DNA of 64,000 nt from Schizochytrium sp. TIO01. Lineage: Eukaryota > Protista > Bigyra: Labyrinthulomycetes. Within the stretch, counting starts at the first letter, position 1, and each line of letters opens with the position of its first letter. The notes below the pieces were generated by a model, which saw only the letters and a program-made list of their open reading frames with translations, was not told the origin of the DNA and made no database searches. The stretch is taken from NCBI GenBank assembly GCA_004764695.1, contig SMSO01000031.1:4688436-4752435 (forward strand). The letters run 5' to 3'. Of the stretch, positions 21,201-33,200 are shown one piece after another. A program made the translations under genes and the position numbers.

Positions 21201-24200
21201 TGCTCAAGCGCCAGCGTCGCGCAGAAGCGTGCAGAAAGCTGATGCTTGAGGAGTGCAAACGCTTGACCTTCTCTGTTTTGGACAAGGTCAAAGCATGCGA
21301 GGATGACTCTGTCGAGCTTCCTGCGCTTCTTGAGCTCAGTGATTCCAAATTTGAATCCCCCAAGCAGACCATGGAAGCTTTGACAAACACAACAAGAGCC
21401 TCGGGAAGTTCGAAGACTGATGGTGCTACCTCTCCAAGCACTGAGACAGCAGCGGCGCATGACAACCCTGAAACAACAAGGCATGCACCCACGCAGTTGC
21501 TTAAGATTAGTGCTGATGATCCTAATGCAATCTGCATCAAGGTGAAACATACTTTGCCCCAAGCTGACCGTCTACCTTTTGAGTTTTGGATCGATCGTAC
21601 GGGTCTCGTGTCCCAAATATTTGCCCTCATTGAAGATAAGACCGGGGTTCCCGCATCAAAGCAGAGACTCATTTTCCTGGGTAAAATGCTGGATTCAAGC
21701 AAAACATTGGAGAGCTATAAACTCACCGAATCTGGCAAGGTAATTCATCTCGCCGTGACCAAGGTCATTGGAAAGGAGTCTGGGGAAGAGGAAGCCAAAG
21801 GCAAGGCAAAGGCGACACGAGGATTGTTAGGTGGTCCAGAAAGCTCAAGTGCTACAACCTCTTCTAATCATGATAGCGAAGATGCAAATGAGCGCGTGCG
21901 GCAGAATGTTCAATTTTGTGATTCTCCTATGTGGACCATCCCCACCAATATTCCGAACCCTGGCCAAGCTTCAGCGCTGAAGAAATACGTTCCAGTAGAC
22001 TTTTTACAACTGCCGGAAAAAATTGTCAATCGCGCCGAGGCAGTGGACACACTTCGGATGACGGACAAACTGTGTACTCTTCTTGATAATGAAAGTCACT
22101 GCGTGAAGAATGATAAATTGTTGATCCTCAACCTTATTCAATATGTGATGACACAGTTGGTACCTCTCCCTGCGCCGCGTGACGTCCCAAAGGAATCGCT
22201 AGATCGTTTGCGCTCAGAGCGTGCATATAGACGTCAAAAGCGCCGCCAGCGTAAGGAAGCCGAGGCAGCGGCTAAACTTGCAGCAAAGCTTGAAGCAGGC
22301 GGTGATAATGCTCTTCAGGAGCTCAAGTTAGAACATGATCAAGAAGATGACGACTCTGATTGGGATGACGCTTCAAACTCGAGCGATTATTCTGAGGAGG
22401 AGTGGGATAGCGACATTGGAGAGTACGTCTCGCGTCGTGATCGTGATCGTAAAAAGTCACAGGAAGACAAAGAAAGTGACAATGCCTCGAAGGCTGGCTC
22501 AGAAAGCTCGGATGACGAAGATGATGATGCAGCTTTCAATGATGAACTTGACCACGCGAACATTGATGCTGAACTTGCACGAAAGTTAGACGTGCCTAAT
22601 TTGAGCGCGGCGAGCCTAGAGCAAGCTAAGCAACTTCTGGATAACTTGCCCAAGGAACGTGCCGATGCGCTAGAAGAGGTTGATACGCAAGCACATGCTA
22701 ATGCTGAGGATCTTACTATGGACTATTTAGACGATGAACGCTTTCAGCCTGGACTCGGTCAACGCGTGCGTGTTCGATTCATGGGCGAATTCGGTATCTG
22801 GTACAATGGAACGGTCTCACGCTTGAATGATGATGGGACTTACTTTGTTGTTTATGACGATGGTGATACGGAGGATAATGTCCAACGTAGTGCAATCCGC
22901 AGTATCTTTGCGCCGAAGGTACACCGCAGTAAGGAGGAGCGTGTACGTCTTACATCTCGTCTTTTCTCACGGCTTGAAACTGCATTGAAGTCCTTGATTG
23001 CAAAGCTCGAGAAGAAGGAGGAAGATGAAGGAAGCCTGAAAAACGGCAATGAATCATCAGTAAAGGACGGCGTTTCGGGCAATTCTAAGGATGTTGCTAC
23101 AACTGGAGCCACTAGTGGGGCTTCAGAGGCCTCCTCAGAGCAACGACCTGACCTAGAAAATGGTCGTCGTGCAGAATCTGCTGCCACCGCCCGCACTTGC
23201 ATCTGGGATCAAGAACCAATTGATTATGCATTGCAGGTAGAGCTTTTGCTCACCTTGCAGCGACTTATGGAACACTTTGCTGCAGCAGCCTTCTCGCTCC
23301 AGCAGTGCAGACCACTAGATGCTGTTTGCGTCATTGTCCCAGGATGTATTGCTGCTATTTCTGATGCCGTGATGCGTCAAGTAGCCTATGATACGCCTTC
23401 TGAGGTATGCACTCACCTTCTCGGTCAAACACGCGAAGGAAGGCAGCTTGGCATTCCTGGCTTTGGACTGAGCGTTTCGACGTTTGCTGATCAAACAGAG
23501 ACCATTGAAGTGCATACACCAGAATTGAATTTGGCCAGAACTGCTGTGTTGGACTACTTCGAGAGTCCAGCTCAACGTCGTCTCTTCAAGATCTTTACCT
23601 GGGAAACGGCGCCAGAGGTCAAACCCAATGTCTCTCTGATCAAGTACCTCCGCAACGTTTGTCGAGAGACAGCAGCTGTCGAGGCAAGTTCAGCACATTT
23701 CTTGCTAACAGATCGTCACCCTAAGAGTTCCCGCTTGCTCAAAAACTATCCGGAACTTGAGGCATTCCGTGATATCGCCTTTTATTGGAAGTACTTCCTA
23801 AATCCAGATATTACGGCATTCCCAAACTACGGTGGACGAGAGGGTCGAGATATCGATCGTTTTGATCGCCTTACCTCACAGCTGAATTGGCGTTGGAACA
23901 GTGACACTCTTTCTTACGAAATTCGATCATTCAATAACCGTCTCATGGTGTGTCGTCCGTTTCCTGATGTAAATCATGCGGGCCAATCTCATGGTAAAAG
24001 TAACCAGCCCCCCAAACATCGTTTTCCTTCAACAGCAACTCCCTCGTTCTACTTGAATGAACCGCCAGTTTTCACTGAAGACGATATCATCTACCGGCCG
24101 AGCTTGCCCGCTTTCGAAGAGACGATTGAACAGCCTAAGGCACCTTCTGCTCTCTCAGAAGAAAAATCTGATCGTAGCAAGGCATCCAGCGGAGAAGGTC

Positions 24201-27200
24201 GCAAAAACAGTGGAAAGGAGCGCGATGGGGGCACTACAGTTGTCAAGACTCAAGTTCTTGGGCAGCATGATTCCGAGCTCTTACTATCTTACCTCACAGT
24301 TCCTTACATTCGTTTACCACTCGTGTTGACGTTTTTCGCCAGCGATGACCGTTTACACAAGCTTCAGAGCGGCCGACTGCGCGAAATTCTCGATTCTGTT
24401 TTGTTTGAGCCAGGTCGCTACCTATCCTTGGGCCTGCGAGGAGTTGAACCTGTCCTTGTGCCCACCCCTTACAAGGAACTTTTGGCAACTCCGTATGGAA
24501 TGTTTATCAACGAGTTATGCTCTAGCCCTGAGACGGTTCTGCGAGCTACAACGACTCTGATCAAGGACGCACTGGCGCTCGATACTGGCTCCGTGTGTGA
24601 CATTGGAGCGGAGGACTTTAACGTAAGCGTTCAGATTATTCTCTTCACGGCGCGTCTGGCAGCACGCCTCGAAAACTACCTGGCATTTGTTATTCGCCGG
24701 GCTCGCTCGGCAAGAGAACCCCGGCATGCCCTTCGTGACACGCCACTCACTCCTGAATGTGTTGCAAAGCTTGAAGAAGGAATGAAACAAGTTCGCGACC
24801 TGTTGCAAGGTGCTCTTAGTGACCTCTTTAGAGACTATCTTCTTAAGTTGGATGACCAAACCAGAAAGGATCCTTTCGACGAGGACTTAATCCGACGGAA
24901 TTCTCACCTCGCCTGTGATTTGCACGCGCACCTCTTGCTCATCTGCCGTAATGCGACGAAAGAGACCATGACCACCCGCGTGGCGCAAACTTTGGTGGGA
25001 AGTTTTATCTATCTAACCACCCGGCACACCTGGAACAAAGCCACCCGTGAAGATGGCCGCTTGCTGATCCCTGAATTCGAGCTTTACGAGGTCCTACAGG
25101 TACAACGACGCACAATCGTTGAATGGTGTCGCCATTTGCGTCAAGGGGAGCTTGATAAGGTGATGCAATATGCCCTTCAAGTTTCCACAAGCACAAGTGG
25201 CAGCCTCGGATCGAATGACGACGTGCTTTCTGCGTCAAATCGCTGGAGTCGGATTTCTGGACTTCGCTCTGTAGGACGCTATGCAGTCTCCTCACAGAGG
25301 ATGAGTGGCGCTAGTACAGAAGATGCTTCCGGAGCTGCGAAATCAACATCTACTCCATCTTCCAGCACTCCACCGCGTACTCCTACCCTGGAAGAAGACG
25401 GTGATGCAGCCACCACAGCAAGTGGAAACAGCGGTACAACAGCACCATCGCCCTCTCGTATCCAAGCTCTGCTCGAGAAATCGATGCAGCTTGAAGTTGA
25501 GGAAATCTCAGACCAAGAGATGTTTGGTGTTGAAATGGATGTCCAAATTGGACAAATGACTTTGCGCAGCCGCCATTTGAGCGCTCTTCGCTCGGAGATC
25601 AGTAATCATCCCGACATGAAGGACCTCTTTGGTAATGGAACCCTGCAAGTATCTTTGCTTGAGCGCGCAGAGCATCGCGACCGCTACCGCCTTGTTGGTC
25701 TACAACATGATCTTGAACACTGGATCACTCCACACAACGCTTGCCCTCCGATCGACGAGCAGTGGGAGCGCCAATATGACCCTGCATCGCTTTTTCCTTC
25801 CGAGGAATGGATCCCCTTCCTTTTTGAGCCAGTACGCAAGTCATTCTTTGATGGACCCCATCCTGAAGCTATGGAATTTTTAATGCCTGAGTGGGCTCTT
25901 CCAGAGGACGCTGAAGTAGCAGTTTTGCTTGGATTACACCAGCAGCTTGGCGGCCCATTCAAGCTTGTCTATCTTTTCCGTCGCTTACGTTGTGTCCATG
26001 TGTATGAGTGCTTATCGCATGGTCGTCACTGGTTTTGGTCTTTGCATTTGGCCACTGATGCCCGTTTCTGCCTTCGTGAGCTGCAGCCAAGTGTCGACGC
26101 ACGTATGGTTCCCCGCCCACGTTGGTGGAAGCATGGTGCTGGAGATGCTTACCCTAAAGGCGTCGGAGGTTCTTTGATGAATGTGGTTCAGGGAGGCCAC
26201 TTTGTAAGCTCTCCAGATCTTTCCATTGTTGTAGTCCGAGAAGCCGGACATCCAGAAAACTTTAGTGGAGGTAAGGAAACATACATCCCAGCACGCCTTC
26301 TATACGGAGCTATCCCGCAAACTTTACTGGATTCATACCGATTCTGGCACGACGAGACTTGGTCTGAGGACATCCGAGTTCCATCCAATTTATTTCAAGG
26401 CGGAAATGATCTCAACGAAATCGGGTTGCCAAAGGATTCCAAGGTGCCTTCAACAGAAACTGAGGATCCTGACGCAGTATTGAAGCAAGAAAAACCGTGG
26501 CTAGGCAAGCAAGCTCGGGCTACCCAGCAACAGTCTCGCGATGGTTATCGTGCTGTTCGCTACCTCCGTGGATATCCAGTCGATGAAGATGGTGAACATG
26601 TCATTGTAGTTGAGCTCAAGAGTGTGGGTTCTTGGCTTGAGGTGCTGCGTCGCAAACCAGGCGAAGCTGGCGCTGCGAGTGATTCTGGCCTGGAGAGTAT
26701 GGGTGGTCTCCCGGGTACGGTATCTCGCATCACTCGATATGACAAGGCTGCTATGAAGAAACGCTTCGCTGATAAACAAAATTTAGCTTTGTGTCTGGAG
26801 TCACTGCAGCTGATCAAGGATCCGGCCAATGATCCATTCATGAATCAGGCTAGGGAACGTCGAGAAAAGGCCTTGCGTAAGGCAGCTGATCGCAAGAAAA
26901 AATGGGCAAAACGAACAAAATCCAAGACCAAGAATGGAGCTACTGCGGCAGCTCTTGCTGGCTTGAGCAACGCAGATGGAAAACCTTCTGCTTCCAATCA
27001 TAGCGACAAGCTTTTGGCTCCAGAGCATGACGCTAATCCTTCAGGTCATGTGTATGAAGTGAATGTGGGAGACCAAGTAAAGTTTATGGTGAAGCGTGGT
27101 CGCTACATTGATGTTGTTGTTCTTTCCAAGAACACAGATAGTACGTTTGATGTGAAGGGCATGCGTGGTGCAAGTGCTGGTATGGTGCTTGAGCGTGTTG

Positions 27201-30200
27201 AAGGTCGCGACTTGCACAAAATGCGACCGCATGATGTAGATCGTGGAGAGGAAATATGGCATTGGGACGGCATGAGTGATTCAGAAGACGAAGCTTGGGC
27301 CTCTGAAGACCAAGATACAGATGATGAAGAAACTGGTCGTGTTGGGGCTAAGACATCAAAAGACCAACATAGTGGTTCTTCCGAAGATAGCAAATCCAAA
27401 AAGAAGGATGAGGAGGACGAGGATAAATGCCGCGCATCGCTGAGTTTTCAGCAGTTCCTCATTCTAGACTACGTGCTGGAGGCTGCAGGTGGTGATATTG
27501 AGCTATGCATGGACCTCTTGTACCGCCTGTCTGCTGTACCAAATGTCAGTTTTCCTGATGTTGAGTCGATTGCATTGGCAGTGAAAGCAGCGCGCGCTGA
27601 CCATCTCGCTTTTACGCTTGATGCAAACGGAGAGCGCGTTGCTCGTATGCCGGAAGAGTCTGAATCAAAGTCTGCAGAACACTTGACCGTGGAGACTAAA
27701 GCACCAGACGCGGCTCTGGCAACGAAGGTTGCCGACCTGGAGGGAAGCGCAATGGTCATGTTAAATTTGATGTACGCACCAAGAGGCTCACGTCTCTTTT
27801 CTGTTGCTAAAACCCTAGCTCGTGTGGAGAACCTTTCGCACATGCTTGCATGGACGAAGAAGTCAAACCTCAGGGTTTGGGAAAACGAGATGATTTTCAA
27901 GTATGGTTCAAAACTTGCAACTATGCTTCCGTTGCGAGGATGCGTATCTGTTGATCTTGTGGAGCTCCCGCGCCTGAAGCTATCCTTTACTGTGCGAAAA
28001 GACTTTGAGGGCCAACTGCGCATGTATAGCATGGATCATGCAGACCTCTATGTTTGCAATGAGAGGGACCCATCAACAACACAAATGTTGCGTGGCATTC
28101 CACACTCGCTGCTTATGAGTAACACACAAGGTGAGCTGCAAGTCCTTGTGCCTCTTGTGGCACCCGTTCGACCAGTAGTGTACTGGCAACCATTTTCGAC
28201 AGAGCTTGTGCTTGATAGAGAAAATGGTTCATGGAACAATCGCATCTCACAACGATACTTTCTGTACCCAGTTCACGTATCTCTTTCCTTTCTGGAAACC
28301 CGTGGTTTGGAGTCTGCTCTCTACCTCATGTTGTTACGCTTCTTGCATCGCGACTATGATGAAGTTTTCCGACTTACAGATTCCATTGCAACAGATACAG
28401 CGCTGGGCGAAACTGCCTCTGTCATTTTTGACTATTTTGATGGAGCAGCCGATGACTGGCATCCTGATGCACACGCGTGCCGCTTGAAGATTTCGCTAGT
28501 TACTGCCGATGCAGGCGCATTGCTTCCTTGGGATCTTACAACACAATGTGCACGTTATGCTGTTAAGCTTCCACATGTCCGCGCAAGTTGCCGAATTTCA
28601 CTTGAAGAGGAGCTGCAAATTCTCCAGCTGGAACGAATTATTGTGACTCAGAAGAAGCACAAAAACTACATCGCTGAGCTACACTTTGATTACATCATGA
28701 CCCTTGTGAAAAATCGGTTGCATGCTCTGAAGGCTCAGCTGTCGAGTGAGGACCACGCGTCCTCTGTTCAAGATGTGACGTACGGAAGCACAGTGGAAAT
28801 CCCTCTCCTCCAAAGTATTCCTTCCTCTCAGAGGGGAGATATTTTGGAGACTAAAGATAGCGATGGCATGGATATGGCTAAGCATGATAAGTCTGGTAAG
28901 GTAGTTCTCGCGCCTTGCTGGGTACCACCCCGAGCTCCATCTTCTAGCTGGCCGTATTATCAGGATAAAACAGTTTTCGGTGAGACCTATCAGGAGGTTG
29001 CCACAGTGAAAAGCCTTGAGCAGTGGGAAAACCTTCGAATGAATGGCGTTGAACAAATGGTTCGGGCGCGTGTGATGGGCCTTGATGAAGATGCAGAGGA
29101 CGACGGGGAGGAGGATGCGACTGGGACTGTTACCACTGTAGCTAAGCAAGACGAGGTCAGCTTCCCTACAGTGGAGCCTCCTTCTGGCGGCTGGCTCGTT
29201 GTTGCATGCTTTCATGTTACGTGGAAACCAACTTGTGTTAAAGCTATGCAGGGTATCACCGAGCTAGCACCGGTCTTCCCCAGTTGTGCGTTTGTGAGCA
29301 TTCGGGCTGATTCTCTCGACTTAAGCTCACTGGCTCGAGACATGAAAATCAAGACCTTTCCTACGTTTGTTCTGATGCGAGGCGGCGAGGAGATCGAGGA
29401 TGCGCGCATCACTGCCGAGGATCGCGTGAGTGAAGCTCTTGTTAGTGCTCTTAAGGTACACGTCACACCAGAAGATGAGGCCCAGTTTGGAGAAATCTTG
29501 CGAGCGGAGCGGCGGGTGACTCGCGAGCGTCTGCGAGCAACCTTGAGCAGCTTTCAGGAGATAGCAAACGAGGGTCAAAATGATTCCACTGACAAGGTCA
29601 AAAACAAAAAGAAGGGTGGTCAAAAGGGCAATGACCAGAAAGTCAAGCCCGGGGATTCTCTGAAGGGAGATGATGCTCGCCGTGCCCTTGAAATTCAGCT
29701 CGCTCAACTGGATTCAGATAACGATGAAAGCGACTATGATGATGATGAGCTGCAGTGGACCTGGGATGATGAATCCGGTGGTCAGTCTCTAGTCCTCGAA
29801 AAGCTCGGTATGAAGGTTGCGCTTCGTCCAGATGACCTTGAGTCATCCGATGCAACGTGGGAGTGGTCCTTGGAGTACGATGGGCGCAACTGGTCAAAGT
29901 TTCCGGCGGACCAAAACAAGGAAATCGAAATGCATTACATTGCAGGCGATCTCTATAGAGGAAATGTAAGAATTAGCCGTGGCAACAGTGGAGGTCGCGA
30001 AGCTGAATTCTGGGATGCGAATGTTCAGATCGAGTCGTTTGAGCTGTCTGGAATTCGGGGCCGCTTCACTGAGCCTTACTCTGAATACATTCAGGTTCGT
30101 CGTCGAGGTGCTCGTCTTCCTGTGCAAGGTGAGCCAGAGGTTTCCTATGAGAGGAAAGTGCGTGATGAGGAGATGCGTCGTGAGCGCGAATACCGTGAAC

Positions 30201-33200
30201 GTGCAAAGCGAGCAATGATTGAAGCGCGCCGCGGTAAGGACGTTGAAGGTATTCGAGGTAGTGTTGGATTTGTGCCATTTAGTGGTGTGCACGAATGGAC
30301 AATAAATTGGGAGCATGAGCCAAACCGTAACGGTGAAGGTGATGCTGTGGGTCTTTGTTCTGACAATTGTGAGGAGTTTGGCCCTGCTCCTGCTCCTCTT
30401 CTTGGTGGTGAAGGAGACTCATCGTCGCTCGCTCTCTGTGCTAATGGTAAGCTGTACCATCATGGAAAAATTCTGGCTGACCTTGCACCACGCTTACGAG
30501 AAACCCAAGCAAAGCTCAAGCAGCTGAGTAAAGCAGAGGCTGATTCTGCTGCCGACGCTGATGCTAATGCTAGTGATAATAACGATGACGAGGAGAAATC
30601 TGAGACTGAGACCGAGACTGAGGCTGAAGCTGCAAAAATTTCTGCCAGAGAGGGCAAAGCGGAAGGTGATGTGGAGGAGACCATGGTCAAGTCGGACGAA
30701 GCTGAAGTGAAGGTCGCCGAGGGCAATAGCGAGGTCAACGACACATCAGAAAATGATGAGGCAGATGACGATGGTGATGAAGACAAGGATGACAACGATG
30801 GGGAGGAGGCGTCTGATGATAACCAGGATGCTATCCGCAAGATCCTTGCCGATTTTGGACTTGAGAAGTTTGCAGAAAAGCTTTTTGATGCTGGATACAC
30901 ATCATTTGAGAGTCTTGCTAACATGAGCATTAGAGACTACAAAGACTTCAAGATTCGACCCTCGGTTGTCACAAAAATCCGTAAAGCATTTATGAAGAAA
31001 GTGAAAGATAATGAGGGTAACGACGACACTGAAGGCCGCAAGGGTAAGCGCCACCCTGGATTTCGGCATCTGAAGCAGCGTGAGGATGATGCAGAGTTGT
31101 TGCCCATTCTTGCTGAAGCTACTGGGTTGCTGGGTACAATGGCCCGCTTGACTCAAGGTGAGGCAGTCAATCTTTGGGGCAAGGGATCGCAAATCACCTG
31201 CATTCTCAATACTGATGAAGCAGAAGGTATCCTTCGATTTCAGATCGACGGTGTCGATATCGATTGCGAGATCCGAGGTGTCTTCAACATCCTCAGTGCT
31301 CACTGCGTGTATCCTGTCGTATCTCTTGCTCCATTTGATCCGGCAGAACAGGTGGAAGACCCAGCAGCAACTTCAAAGAAGGTAAACGACGATGATGATG
31401 ATGACGGCCCTGATGGTGATGGCGAGACAAAGCAAGCGGAAGCCATCGACCGAGCGAAGAAGGCGAAGAAAGCAAAGAAGGCGTCAAAGAGTGACAACAA
31501 CAATGGTGAAGAGCCTAGTAGCGATAGCGAGGATGACAAGGACAACGGTGAAGATGGTGATAACAAAAATGAAGAAGAGGAGGAAGATGATGAACGCAAG
31601 GCTATTATGAAGGTATTAGTTGGGCTTTGCAAACTTCAAGAGTCAACCTTCAAGCCGATGTCCACCGACAAACTTCAAAAGCTTGTTTCTCGTGCTGAGG
31701 AGCTTCTTAAGATTCAAGCCTCAGAGCCTGCTGTGTCTTTGGTCTCTGAAGGTGATGTCCCGGGCCTGGCCTACGAAGAAGAGCGCAAGAAGGGTAAAAA
31801 GCGCGGGGATTCCGAGCGTAAGTCCAGTTCCAGTGGCTCTGAGGAATCTGAATCTGAATCTGAGGAGAATTCTTCAGAATCTTCAGAATCTTCAGAATCT
31901 GAGGAGTCTGAGGAGTCTGAGGAGTCTGGCTCCGAGGAAGAAAGTGATAACAGTGGCGATGAATCCGGCAGTGATAATGAGTCAGTTGATGAAGCAGGTA
32001 GCCAAGCAGAACAAGGCAGCAACAATGGCGATGCTACAACTGGCAAACAAAGTGCGGGGAAGAAGGTGCCAATCAAGCGCTGTGTGTGGATGTATCAGTT
32101 AGACAATCGTTGGCTCCGCTACGAGCCAGAGGTATGCGAAAAACTAGAACGTGCACGCCGCTCTGGTGCTAAAGAGTGTGAAGTTATTGTTGATACTGAG
32201 CGCATGATGGTTCGCTTTCGCAAAGCAGAAAATGCATCTGCCCAAGAAGTAGGTGAACAGAGTCGCACTGGCTCTGCTGGTGATAAGATGCGGGTCCGCC
32301 GCCAGATCGTTAGCAAAGATATTAGTGCAGGCTGGGAAACCCTCAGTGTGTTATATGATCCTCCTGTTTCCCTTTATGGTTCCACAGCATTGGATGTGCT
32401 TGACCGTGTTTGGGGGAAGGGAGAGACTATGGACGGCAAGAAATGTGGTTACGGTTTCTTGTTCTTGTACGGCCTTTTGCAAGGCAAACTCCGTTGTCGT
32501 GTTGCAGCTTCCAGCTTTGGCGGCTTTGGCGGCTTTGGTGGCTTTGGTGGCTTTGGCGGCTTTGGTGGCTTTGGTGGCTTTGGCGACTGGGGTGGCTGGG
32601 GTGGCTGGGGGTCGTCTGGAGCTGGTAAATCTGATTCTCATCGATTCGCCACCCTCCTTGCGCAGCTTTACTCGGACCGGCGTTTAAAGTCAGTTCCGGC
32701 ATCAATTATTAATGTGCTGATTCGCAATCGTCAATTGTGCCAACGCATGCCTGAGTTCCGTGATACTCGAAAGTTCAAACGCTCAAAGGTATACAATGGT
32801 TGGTCCGATGAACGTGACGGCGGATCACCACTGGGATCTCTGTTTGCACAAGTTGTGTCTTCTTTGCAGGCCCTCAAGCGAAAGCGTGGCGCTATGCAGT
32901 TTCCACCTCCACCTCCATACCCGGAGCTCGACCCACCCCCTAAGGACTACCCTTTGACGCTAGCCAGCAAGGACAGCATGTGCGGAGGCAATGTTGAACG
33001 ACCTGAGCTCACAGATCTTTCTTGCTCGAAACGTCGTCTAGAACCGGTTTCAGACTCTGAAATCAGGGCTCTTGCCAATAGCATACGCCTTCGCCTTGCA
33101 GGAGGTAATGTCCGCTTTCGTGTAGAAACACCTCTGGAAATCGAGGATGAGGATCACTTTGAGCGTGTCATGGAGGCCTTAGCACAGGAAAAACGATTGG

